Shown here one piece after another: positions 42,695 through 51,880 of a DNA stretch of 64,000 nt (position 1 is its first letter; the number at the start of each line of letters is the position of its first letter). The notes under the pieces are model-generated. The model was not told the DNA's origin. It worked only from the letters and a program-made list of their open reading frames with translations, and searched no databases. A program made the position numbers and the translations under genes. Origin of the DNA: Thermodesulfobacteriota bacterium (GTDB lineage: Bacteria; Desulfobacterota_D; UBA1144; Nemesobacterales; UBA2774); assembly GCA_963422265.1 (NCBI GenBank), contig OY729416.1:1184001-1248000 (forward strand). The letters are read 5' to 3'.

Positions 42695-43420
42695 TTGAAA
42701 GTTCGGCTTAATAGATACCTCTCAATGTGTGGGGTCGCTTCGAGGAGGAAAGCGGATTCTTTTATCGCCGCGGGAAAAATCACGATAAACGATCATACTG
42801 AAAATAATCTTGGTAACGTTATAGATATTGAAAAGGACGTAGTTCGGCTTGAGGGTAGGATAATAACACCCGAGAGCAAGCGCTATCTGATTCTTAATAA
42901 GCCTAGCCTGTATCTGACGTCACTGGGGAAAGAGGGAAACAAGAAAACGGTGCGGGAATTGATTGCGGAAGTTCCTGAGAGAGTATATCCTGTTGGCAGA
43001 CTAGACTATGACGTTGAGGGCTTACTAATCTTGACCAATGACGGGGAGCTTGCTAATAAGATTCTGCATCCAAGCTATGAGGTAACTAAGGTCTATAGAG
43101 CTAATATAATAGGAAGCGTATCGGATGGGACTATCGCACAAATGAAAAAGGGCATCGAGCTTAGGGATGGACTAGCTAAACCCGACTCAATCAGAATAAA
43201 GAAACGAAGTAAAGACTCGAGCATAGCTCTAGTATCATTTCACGAGGGCAGAAATCATCTAGTTAAAAGGTTTTTTGCAAAGTTCGGGCACCCAGTGGCT
43301 AAGCTCAAGAGGGTTTCCGTGGGTCCTATAAGGCTTGGTAATCTACCAAGTAGCAAATGGAGGGACCTAAAAGCAAACGAGTTTTGCAGTCTCTCTCAGG
43401 CAGTTGGTATAGAGACGTGA
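42695..43420 (+). CDS. RsuA/RluB family rRNA pseudouridine synthase
   Basis: S4 domain (RLNRYLSMCGVASRRKAD), PVGRLD, LLILTNDGE, EGRNH. Confidence 0.95.
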   Translation: MKVRLNRYLSMCGVASRRKADSFIAAGKITINDHTENNLGNVIDIEKDVVRLEGRIITPESKRYLILNKPSLYLTSLGKEGNKKTVRELIAEVPERVYPVGRLDYDVEGLLILTNDGELANKILHPSYEVTKVYRANIIGSVSDGTIAQMKKGIELRDGLAKPDSIRIKKRSKDSSIALVSFHEGRNHLVKRFFAKFGHPVAKLKRVSVGPIRLGNLPSSKWRDLKANEFCSLSQAVGIET

Positions 43421-43590
43421 GGAGTCTCTCTAGTGTCTATTCACCTATATCATATATTAGAGACAAGTAGATGGAATTAACTGCTACATCTACGGATTTC
43501 CTAAGAGATGCCGATGGCCAACCTTTGGAAAGACTATCTTGCATTAAACACTCCAATACCCTATCCTTATTAAACTGAATTCTATATTAA

Positions 43591-43625
43591 ATAAGAGACA
43601 CTGCTATTTAGGCAGTGTCTCTTAT
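43591..43625. repeat. Perfect 14-bp inverted repeat upstream of tmk
   Basis: ATAAGAGACACTGC-N7-GCAGTGTCTCTTAT. Confidence 0.85.
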
Positions 43626-43659
43626 ACTATCGTCGAGTCAAGTATATAAGTCCCTACTT

Positions 43660-44274
43660 ATGTTCATAACGTTTGAAGGAATAGAAGGAAGCGGAAAGAG
43701 CACGCAGGCAGAACTTCTCAAAGAATTCCTAGCTCAAAGTGGATATAAAGTGAGCCTGACGAGAGAGCCCGGATGGGGCATCTTAGGAAAATCCATCAGA
43801 AAAATTGCGTTGGATGAAAGAGAGTTAGAGCTAGACCCCTTTTCAGAGCTATGCCTGTTTTGCGCCGATAGGGCACAACACGTGAGGGATTTTATAAAGC
43901 CAAGGTTAGATAAAAAAGAGATTGTGATTTGTGATAGATTCTTTGATTCTACAGTGGTTTATCAAGGCTATGGAAGGCAGCTTGACATAAGATTTGTCAA
44001 TAAGGTTGCGAAGGCCTCTACGCTTGGCACCCTCCCTGATCTCACCTTTTTCTTGAATCTTTCGGTAATAGAGGGTATTTCAAGACTAAAACCAAGAGGA
44101 GAACCCTTTACCAAAATGGAAGAAGAGCCTCTGGAATTCCACGAGTCGATAAAGAAGGGGTATATGCGGATTTCACGTAGAGAACCTAATAGAATCAAAA
44201 AGATAAATGCCGATAGAGAGGTTCAGGATATACACAAAGAAATAAAAAAACTTGTAGTTGAGCATTTATCGTAA
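43660..44274 (+). CDS. tmk: Thymidylate kinase
   Basis: MFITFEGIEGSGKSTQ, TREPG, DRAQH, CDRFFDSTVVYQGYGR. Confidence 0.98.
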   Translation: MFITFEGIEGSGKSTQAELLKEFLAQSGYKVSLTREPGWGILGKSIRKIALDERELELDPFSELCLFCADRAQHVRDFIKPRLDKKEIVICDRFFDSTVVYQGYGRQLDIRFVNKVAKASTLGTLPDLTFFLNLSVIEGISRLKPRGEPFTKMEEEPLEFHESIKKGYMRISRREPNRIKKINADREVQDIHKEIKKLVVEHLS

Positions 44275-44288
44275 GGGAAAAGCCCTAA

Positions 44289-45371
44289 ATGTTTGAAGGC
44301 ATAATTGGTCACGAGTTTCAAAAGGAAGTTCTAAAACGAGCGGTGAAGGAAGGTGCTATCGCTCACGCCTATTTATTCTCGGGTCCCGATGGAATTGGGA
44401 AAAAGCTTGTGGCAACTCAATTTGCAAAACTCTTAAACTGTCAGGCAACCGATTCTTATGGACAGCGACCTCCAGCAAGTTCCCTTCCGCAAGTCGACCG
44501 TGAGCAGAGCCAAACCACTCAGGACAGCGCAGCTCAACACTCAAGCCAGGGATGTACTTGTAATTCTTGTTCCAAAATTGATAAAGGGATTCACCCTGAC
44601 GTAGTGTTTGTCGAGTTTGAAGGCATCAAGAATATTAAGGTTGAGCAGATAAGAGAAACCGTTGAGAGTAGGCTTTTTCTTAAACCCTTTGAGGGAAAAT
44701 TCAAAATTGTGGTGGTGGACGAATCAGAAAGGATGAGCATAGGTGCGCAAAACGCCTTCTTAAAAACGCTTGAAGAACCTCCTTCCTATTCAGTAATAAT
44801 TTTAATTACCTCGCAACCAAACTCCCTTCTTCCAACTATTCGCTCAAGATGTCAAATCCTCAGGTTCAACCCGCTACCTAAGGAAACAGTTCTACAACTG
44901 CTATTAAAAAATACCAAAACGTCGCCTGCAAGTTCAGCTATCGCCTCAAAACTTTCTGAAGGCAGCTTGGGACAAGCTCTTAGAATGGACAACGAAAATA
45001 TCGAATTGAGGAAAGAAATTATCTTGAAGCTGATTGATCTTAGCCCTAATTCGGCTTTGCATATTCTCGACTTGGTAGAGGCATTACCTCTAAGCTCTAC
45101 CCCTGAAGACTCTGAAAATCTAAAACTCGCCTTTAAGTTTATTTCTCTATGGTTACGTGATCTGGCTCTACTAAAAATCGGCTTTGACGATGAAATGCTT
45201 ACTAATACGGACGTTGCTAAGGAATGTCGGAAAACCGCCATGAAATGGAACGTTAATAATGTATTGGATAAATACAAACTGGTTGAAAGAACTTGGTATG
45301 ATATATTCCGCACCAACGCTAATAAGCAGCTAGCATTAGAAAACCTTTTTATAAAATTGGGGCAGCACTAA
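44289..45371 (+). CDS. holB: DNA polymerase III subunit delta'
   Basis: HAYLFSGPDGIGK, CxCxxC, HPD, NAFLKTLEEPP, LLPTIRSRCQ; tmk-holB synteny. Confidence 0.96.
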   Translation: MFEGIIGHEFQKEVLKRAVKEGAIAHAYLFSGPDGIGKKLVATQFAKLLNCQATDSYGQRPPASSLPQVDREQSQTTQDSAAQHSSQGCTCNSCSKIDKGIHPDVVFVEFEGIKNIKVEQIRETVESRLFLKPFEGKFKIVVVDESERMSIGAQNAFLKTLEEPPSYSVIILITSQPNSLLPTIRSRCQILRFNPLPKETVLQLLLKNTKTSPASSAIASKLSEGSLGQALRMDNENIELRKEIILKLIDLSPNSALHILDLVEALPLSSTPEDSENLKLAFKFISLWLRDLALLKIGFDDEMLTNTDVAKECRKTAMKWNVNNVLDKYKLVERTWYDIFRTNANKQLALENLFIKLGQH

Positions 45372-45420
45372 ACTACATCTTTTATCTAATATAAACTGGA
45401 GCTAAGCGGAGATTAAACAA

Positions 45421-46962
45421 GTGCCTAAAACCTTTTACGTTACTACGCCGATCTATTACGTTAATGACGTGCCTCATATAGGACACGCTTATACCACTAT
45501 TGCTGCGGACGCTATCGCCAGGTTCAGAAGGCTCGCTGGTAATGAGGTCTTTTTCCTCACCGGCAGCGACGAGCACGGGCAAAAAATCGAGATGACGGCT
45601 AAAGCGAATGGTGAGAAGCCCATAGAGCTTGCGAATAGGGTAGTAAAAAGATTTCATGACCTCTCCGGCGCCTTAAACGTTACCAATGACGATTTTATTA
45701 GAACTACCCAGAGAAGGCATCAAGACTCCGTTGTAGAAATATTTAAGAGAATACAAAAAGCGGGAGATATTTACCTGAGTGAGTATGAGGGTTGGTATGA
45801 CGTTAGGAACGAAGCATTCATAACCGAAACGCAATATGAAGAAGTAATGGCTCTACCAGAATCTAAACGTCCCAATATTGAAAAGGTAAAAGAAGAGAGC
45901 TACTTCTTCAGACTTTCCGAATACCAGGAGCGACTTCTTAATCATTATGAAAAGCACTCCGAGTTCGTGCAGCCAAGCTACAGGATGAACGAGGTTGTGC
46001 GTTTTGTAGAGAGTGGATTGAAGGACCTCAGCATAAGTAGAACCACGTTTAGCTGGGGTATACCCGTTCCAGAAAACCCACGCCACGTGATCTACGTGTG
46101 GTTTGATGCTCTTGCAAACTATCTAACTGGCGCTGGTTTTCCAAATAATAAAACAACTTTTAATGAAATATACCCAGCAGACGTTCACCTAGTAGGTAAA
46201 GATATACTGAGATTCCACGCCGTGTATTGGCCGGCTTTTCTTATGTCGGCACAGCTACCACTCCCTAAAACGGTATTCGCCCATGGGTGGTGGACCGTTG
46301 AAGGAGAAAAAATGTCAAAATCCTTGGGTAACGTAGTAGATCCATATGAAATGGTGGAACGGTTCGGATCGGATATATTCAGATATTTCCTGCTCCGAGA
46401 AATTCCTTTCGGACAAGATGGTGATTTCTCAAAAAGCGCTATTGTAGCAAGGGTAAACGGTGATCTTGCAAACGGCTTGGGCAACCTTATCAGCCGAGTG
46501 CTTAGTATGATTAAAAAGTATTGTAACAGCCGCGTTCCCGCCCCTTCCGCATTGAATGACATAGACCTGAAAGTCAGGGATAGTGGCTTTTCAGCAGTAG
46601 ATCGTGTAGGTGATTCAATGAGCGAAATCGCCTTTCATAAGGCTTTAACGGCTATTTGGGATTTAATTGCCCATGTAAATAAATACGTTGATGAACAAGC
46701 TCCATGGACGCTCGCAAAAGAAAATAAAGAAGAAAGATTGAATACCGTTCTCTGGACGATTATTCAATCTATAGGCGTGATTTCAATACTGCTGTCTCCT
46801 TTTATGCCAAAAGCGTCAGAAGAAATACTGAGAAGGATAGGCTTCACTGACCCGACGTCTTACCTAAAGTTGTCAAAAGCGCGTGAATGGGGATTGATAA
46901 CATCAGGCTCTAAAATTGATAAGGGAAAGAACCTGTTCCCACGACATGAAGAGGATCTGTAG
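45421..46962 (+). CDS. metG: Methionine--tRNA ligase (short form)
   Basis: TTPIYYVN, HIGH, YVWFDAL, GKDILRFH, KMSKS. Confidence 0.99.
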   Translation: MPKTFYVTTPIYYVNDVPHIGHAYTTIAADAIARFRRLAGNEVFFLTGSDEHGQKIEMTAKANGEKPIELANRVVKRFHDLSGALNVTNDDFIRTTQRRHQDSVVEIFKRIQKAGDIYLSEYEGWYDVRNEAFITETQYEEVMALPESKRPNIEKVKEESYFFRLSEYQERLLNHYEKHSEFVQPSYRMNEVVRFVESGLKDLSISRTTFSWGIPVPENPRHVIYVWFDALANYLTGAGFPNNKTTFNEIYPADVHLVGKDILRFHAVYWPAFLMSAQLPLPKTVFAHGWWTVEGEKMSKSLGNVVDPYEMVERFGSDIFRYFLLREIPFGQDGDFSKSAIVARVNGDLANGLGNLISRVLSMIKKYCNSRVPAPSALNDIDLKVRDSGFSAVDRVGDSMSEIAFHKALTAIWDLIAHVNKYVDEQAPWTLAKENKEERLNTVLWTIIQSIGVISILLSPFMPKASEEILRRIGFTDPTSYLKLSKAREWGLITSGSKIDKGKNLFPRHEEDL

Positions 46963-47035
46963 ATAGGTGCAGCTTCGTTAAGGACTACTCTTTCCAAAAA
47001 ATTCAACTCGCCCGCACGGGAGGGTGTGCTTTTTA

Positions 47036-47401
47036 TTAACCATAAAGTTTCCTGATACGGCTTCTGTTTTCCAAATCCTTATCACCCTTAAAATATATTT
47101 CTACGAGTTCAATTCTTCCCTCTCTTCCAAAGTAGGCATAAATTATTCTGAGCCCCGATTGAACCCCTTTCCCTTTTAAGGACTTAGACGTGAACTTTCT
47201 GACTTTATATATTTCAGTTTCAGTAATTCCTGAATCGCTGATACGCTTTATGCCCTTGTTGTTTTGACCCATAAGATGAAATGGATTTAACTGGTAATTA
47301 ATAAAGGTTTGCAGGTCTTCTTCAAGAGTTTTGACTTTTCTTAGCAGCTTTTTAATGTCACTTTTGAACTCCGGTAGCTGTTCAACCCTGATCTTCTTCA
47401 A
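47036..47401 (-). CDS. Putative type II toxin, RelE/ParE-like
   Basis: 121 aa, basic; EFKSDIKKL, YKVR, KGKGVQSGLRIIYAY, EIYFK; overlaps the antitoxin end. Confidence 0.75.
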   Translation of the reverse strand: MKKIRVEQLPEFKSDIKKLLRKVKTLEEDLQTFINYQLNPFHLMGQNNKGIKRISDSGITETEIYKVRKFTSKSLKGKGVQSGLRIIYAYFGREGRIELVEIYFKGDKDLENRSRIRKLYG

Positions 47402-48173
47402 TATAATTTCTCACTGAGTAGGCGGGAGTTCTGTAAAAAACAGCTTCATAGTCAATTTTCTCTTGATCCTCCGTGCCAAGCCAGGGTATGTCATTGTGTG
47501 AGTATTCGGCGATTTGAGAGGCGTTCATATCCGATAACCTTCCAAGAACGTTATCAATTGTGTTAAGCTCGTTTGCATTTAGGGCTGAAAGATCGGGGTT
47601 ACGCAAGGGAAGATATTTTGTCTGGCTGTAACTAAAATGCCTGTTTTTCACTTTGACTACATCTTTGTTTTCTATCATATCTCCTATAATTTTTATAAAC
47701 TCAGCTGGTGTTGGACCAAATTTACTCCTGATGTAATTCGCTCCAACCAACTGTTCTTCGTGCTTCTCGTAGTAGTCAAAGTCAATAAAGTAAAGCATCT
47801 TTTGTATAACGGTTTCACCCACGTTTGGCTTTGCGCCCACTTTGTTGAGAATATACAAAAGCACTTCTTTGAACTTGATGAGATTCTTTTGAGGAACGCT
47901 TATTCTCAAAGTCTCTTTCTTAGGCTTGGCTTCCCTACTCTTTTTAACAATGATCTCAACGCTTTCCTTATTGTTCACCAGGGCATCAATAGAGCATTCA
48001 AAAAGCTCAGATAGCTTGTTTATCTCGTCTAATTTCGGCATTCGGACGCCGTTTTCAATATTTGATACAATCTCCCTGCTCGTACCAATAGCCTTAGCCA
48101 ATTCTGCTTGGGAAAGTTCGGCACTTTGTCTTAACTGTTTTATCTTTTTGCCTAACTCTTTAGATTGAATCAT
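47382..48173 (-). CDS. XRE-HTH plus Panacea (DUF4065/SocA-like) antitoxin
   Basis: HTH (LSQAELAKAIGTSREIVSNIENG); KMLYFIDF, FGPTP, SEYSH-like AEYSHNDIPW, IDY. Probable ATG at 48173 (track start 48287). Confidence 0.85.
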   Translation of the reverse strand: MIQSKELGKKIKQLRQSAELSQAELAKAIGTSREIVSNIENGVRMPKLDEINKLSELFECSIDALVNNKESVEIIVKKSREAKPKKETLRISVPQKNLIKFKEVLLYILNKVGAKPNVGETVIQKMLYFIDFDYYEKHEEQLVGANYIRSKFGPTPAEFIKIIGDMIENKDVVKVKNRHFSYSQTKYLPLRNPDLSALNANELNTIDNVLGRLSDMNASQIAEYSHNDIPWLGTEDQEKIDYEAVFYRTPAYSVRNYIEEDQG

Positions 48174-48359
48174 GGTTAGTGGGTTTGCCAAACTATTTTG
48201 ATATTTATTGTAATTATTGTAATATTTTATTACGAGAGTTGTAAAACTTTGTTGCATTTTTGTATTGTTGATGTGTATGTTATGCACTTAATCTTATGTT
48301 TGGATCAAACTCCAGATAAGTGAGCAATAACTGATTTTACGTTTGTAGAAAGTGGCTAG

Positions 48360-48533
48360 AATCTTAGCCGTGATACCCAGAAAATCTTACCAAACTTAAA
48401 AGATATTGGAGACAAGTCTGCCCATAGCCGAAGATTTAACGCTCACAGGCAGGATATTGAAAAATTACTTCCAGATATTCGGGTGTGCACGCAAGAGCTT
48501 ATTTATCTTGCAGGTTTTCAAAATGGTCAATAA
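48360..48533 (+). pseudogene. C-terminal fragment of a possible HEPN/DUF4145-like protein
   Basis: Start-less frame after a TAG: NLSRDTQKILPNLKDIGDKSAHSRRFNAHRQDIEKLLPDIRVCTQELIYLAGF. Family assignment is from recall. Confidence 0.5.
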
Positions 48534-48584
48534 ATCTTGCTAATTACCAGACCTTTCTATAAATTGTAAAGTTGTCTAACAATC

Positions 48585-48800
48585 CTAATCAAACCCCACC
48601 ACATCCTCCTCAACCCCCAAATAAACCTCATCAATCCTTTCTTGAATCCTGATTGCCTTTTTGATTGCGGTTACAATTTTGCAGTAGTGTTTTATATCGT
48701 CTAAAGATAAATGTCTTCTTTTCCTGTACTTTAGCCATTTACTGCAAACCTGATAGCCGCCGATTCGGTATTCATAAACTTCTTGACTCACACCTTCAAA
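48585..48800 (-). pseudogene. C-terminal remnant of a Type ISP/IIG-like restriction-modification enzyme
   Basis: FEGVSQEVYEYRIGGYQVCSKWLKYRK...DDIKHYCKIV matches the C-terminus I recall for these enzymes; the rest of the gene is absent. Confidence 0.7.
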
Positions 48801-48900
48801 ATTACGAACACTTCAATTCTAATTGTTTCCTACTTTTGTTAAACAAGGTATCAGTAGTAGGGTTGAACTAGTAGGCAGTATTTGCTATGCTAACAAGGTA

Positions 48901-49719
48901 ATGAGGCCGGTAGAAACAGAAAAATGTATACGGCAGATTGTCCGTAGCTCCGTTGAGGCGTACGCAGATGGTTTTGAAACTCGCCACGTTAGAGAAGTAG
49001 ACGATCTAGACGGAACTATTAACATGAAAATTCATAACGTCTTTATTGCAGCATTAGGTAAGGAGGTCCAATATTATACAGCGCTTGTGCGCTCTCTTGA
49101 TAGCTCATTAGGAAATATGTTGGAGAGGATGGCAATAAACATTGCGAAGCTCTTCTATGAAGTAAATAAAAACGTAGAAGGTCCGTTAGCTGTTGAACAA
49201 ACGTCAAAAATCGCGGAATTGCTTGAAGGATATAAAAATAGAAATAACCCTTTAGTCTCAAGCATATCTCATTACAAACAAATTAGAGATATAGGAATCA
49301 CGTCAGACTCAGCAACGAAAGTCCACGTGAGCGATTACTATTTGATAGACAAAGAAACAAACGAACATTACTTGATTGAATTAAAGATTGGTGGAGACTT
49401 GGACAATAAAAAAGCTCGTTCGGAGAAGGAAGCGATTTTCGAACAGTATGCAATACTCTCAAATAAATTGGGTAAGAATGCAAGTATAAAATGTTACTTT
49501 GCTACAGCTTATAATAGATTTGGAGAAGGTAAAGAGTGGAAACAATCGAGAGTCTTGCAATTCTTTTCAAAAGATGAACTCCTTATCGGGAAAGACTTTT
49601 GGAACTTCGTATGCTGTAGTGAAAAGGGTTATGACATTGTGATTGATGAATACAAAGAGTCAGCGCATTTAGTAAAATCAGCATTGCGCAACATCAAAGA
49701 GACGTATTTATATGGATAA
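48901..49719 (+). CDS. Type II restriction endonuclease, TdeIII-like
   Basis: RSLDSSLG, SDYYL...IELKIGGDLD (D...ExK), ATAYN, DFWNFVC; overlaps the MTase start. ATG 48901 follows TTGAAC-17-TATGCT (track start 48823). Confidence 0.75.
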   Translation: MRPVETEKCIRQIVRSSVEAYADGFETRHVREVDDLDGTINMKIHNVFIAALGKEVQYYTALVRSLDSSLGNMLERMAINIAKLFYEVNKNVEGPLAVEQTSKIAELLEGYKNRNNPLVSSISHYKQIRDIGITSDSATKVHVSDYYLIDKETNEHYLIELKIGGDLDNKKARSEKEAIFEQYAILSNKLGKNASIKCYFATAYNRFGEGKEWKQSRVLQFFSKDELLIGKDFWNFVCCSEKGYDIVIDEYKESAHLVKSALRNIKETYLYG

Positions 49720-50452
49720 AAAATATCAAATTGTAAATGCTGATAGTAAAGAGTACTTAAAGGGGCTACCTAATAACTCTATCGACTTCATTCTAACTGA
49801 TCCCCCTTACAATATAAGTCAATATTCAACTGGCAATATAAAGTTTGGCTGGCGAGCAGACATTAACAACGATCTGGCTGAATGGGATAAAAAGTTTTCC
49901 CCCCTGGATTTTAGAGATGAGTTCTTAAGAGTCTTAAAACCTACAGGGAATATCTTTGCTTTTTGCTCCTATAATATAATTGGCAAATGGCATGAAGTAT
50001 TTGATCCTGTTTTCGATACGTTTCAGTTTTTCGTGTGGCATAAAAAGAATCCCGTTCCAAAATTTCGGAAAGCCGGCTTCTTAAATAGCTGTGAACTCGT
50101 AGTATGTATGTGGAATAAAGGACACACTTGGAACTTTGGCAAACAAAATGAGATGCACAATTTCTTTGAAAGTCCAATCTGCATGGGACCAGAAAGATTA
50201 AAAAAACCGAAGCACCCTACGCAAAAGCCAGTAGGGCTATTAAAACACTTTATCAAAATAGCTTCAAATGAAGACGATACTATATTAGACCCTTTTATGG
50301 GAGTTGGCTCCACTGGCGTTGCCTCTTTAAGAATGAAAAGGAAATTTATAGGAGTAGAAATAGATAAAGAATACTATGATGCTGCTCAAGAAAGACTAGA
50401 TTCCATTCCGACGGATTTGTTTTCAAGAGTGTCTGCTATTGCAAAGACGTGA
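49712..50452 (+). CDS. Site-specific DNA methyltransferase, beta class (N6A/N4C)
   Basis: ILTDPPYN first, then HPTQKP, LDPFMGVGSTG, GVEID. Confidence 0.95.
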   Translation: MDKKYQIVNADSKEYLKGLPNNSIDFILTDPPYNISQYSTGNIKFGWRADINNDLAEWDKKFSPLDFRDEFLRVLKPTGNIFAFCSYNIIGKWHEVFDPVFDTFQFFVWHKKNPVPKFRKAGFLNSCELVVCMWNKGHTWNFGKQNEMHNFFESPICMGPERLKKPKHPTQKPVGLLKHFIKIASNEDDTILDPFMGVGSTGVASLRMKRKFIGVEIDKEYYDAAQERLDSIPTDLFSRVSAIAKT

Positions 50453-50551
50453 CGTCAAAGGGTTGTTAGTGTGTAACCAACTTTTACAATTCAATCAAGC
50501 TAGGGCGATAACACCTTTAAATAACCAGTGGACTTTCACCCCACAGGAGGC

Positions 50552-50740
50552 TTACTTCTTTTTCATTCCTAACAGATTCCGCAAAAAGCTCCCTCCGTTG
50601 CTAGGACTACAGAGTCCTCTTGTTATAATTTGGTATTCAGAAGGTTGGATGTTTTCATTAGGAACGTAGGACTCTCCTTGTTTATAATCATTTTCAGTAT
50701 TAGTGGACTCTTGATTTTTATCATTTTCGCTCATTGGCAT
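50552..50740 (-). CDS. Small hypothetical protein (62 aa)
   Basis: AAGGAG SD directly upstream of ATG; no recognised motif. Confidence 0.5.
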   Translation of the reverse strand: MPMSENDKNQESTNTENDYKQGESYVPNENIQPSEYQIITRGLCSPSNGGSFLRNLLGMKKK

Positions 50741-50857
50741 ATTCTCCTTATTTATTGGTTAGTCCCTGTCCATAGATTTTAACACTACCAATCCTCGATT
50801 TTAATGATACAATAGAGTTAGTATTGAAATCTACTTAGTCAACTTCAACGTGGGAGG

Positions 50858-51280
50858 ATGCTAATGAGCCAGCAATCCGTTATCGTCGTCTTTGATGATG
50901 GACCTTACGTAGTGGAAGGTCTTGAGAGGTTTAGCTACTCGGAGGGAGAGCAGCTTCAGGCAAATAAAAAAACGGCCTTGTGCAGATGTGGGGCATCTGA
51001 AAACAAACCATACTGTGACGGCGCTCATAAGAAAATTGGGTTCTCTCATAAGATTGAAAAATCCCCGGCGGGCAACGCTAATGAAGATAGCATAAAAGAG
51101 ATAAAAGTTTTAAGTAACGGGCCTTATGAAGTATGCGGGGGAATAGGCTTACAGACTAAAGATGAAATGAACTTATCTGAAGATAATCCGTATTATCTGT
51201 GCAGATGTGGGGCATCTGATAACAAACCGTTCTGCGATGGCTCACATAAAAGAATAAACTTTAAGGATGACGCAAACTGA
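50858..51280 (+). CDS. CDGSH iron-sulfur domain protein (two domains)
   Basis: LCRCGASENKPYCDGAH and LCRCGASDNKPFCDGSH. Confidence 0.95.
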   Translation: MLMSQQSVIVVFDDGPYVVEGLERFSYSEGEQLQANKKTALCRCGASENKPYCDGAHKKIGFSHKIEKSPAGNANEDSIKEIKVLSNGPYEVCGGIGLQTKDEMNLSEDNPYYLCRCGASDNKPFCDGSHKRINFKDDAN

Positions 51281-51298
51281 TAAGCGAGGTTTAAAATT

Positions 51299-51853
51299 AT
51301 GGCTTTAACACCTTCAAATATGATACCCCTTGGAAGAAAGGCCCCCTACTTTAAGCTGCCTTGCACCGTGAACGATAGGGAAATAAGCCTTGATGAGGTT
51401 AGTTCCGACAAAGCAACCGTTATAATTTTTATTTGCAATCACTGCCCTTATGTAAAGCACGTGCAGAAAGGATTAGTGGAGCTTGCTAATGACTATATAC
51501 CCAAAGGGGTTTCATTCATCGCAATAAACTCTAACGACGTAGAGAATTACCCAGAAGATTCACCGGAGAATATGAAAATCGTAGCCGAGCGCCTAGGCTA
51601 CCCATTCCCTTACCTATACGATGAGACGCAGGAAATAGCAAGAGCTTATGACGCCGCGTGCACCCCAGACTTCTATATTTTTGATAGCGCCTTGGAGTGT
51701 ATCTACAGGGGACAGATGGACGATTCCAGACCAGGTAATGGAAAACCGGTAACAGGAAAACAAATAAGGGAAGCCTTAGACAACGCTTTAGAAGGCACAC
51801 CCGTAAGCAAAAGCCAGATTCCCAGCATTGGATGTAATATAAAGTGGAAATAA
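51299..51853 (+). CDS. Thioredoxin-fold AhpC/TSA family protein
   Basis: FICNHCPYV, AINSND, ACTPDF, YRGQMDD, SIGCNIKWK. Confidence 0.93.
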   Translation: MALTPSNMIPLGRKAPYFKLPCTVNDREISLDEVSSDKATVIIFICNHCPYVKHVQKGLVELANDYIPKGVSFIAINSNDVENYPEDSPENMKIVAERLGYPFPYLYDETQEIARAYDAACTPDFYIFDSALECIYRGQMDDSRPGNGKPVTGKQIREALDNALEGTPVSKSQIPSIGCNIKWK

Positions 51854-51880
51854 AGATAGTAGGATCAGTCATTAGAGTAA

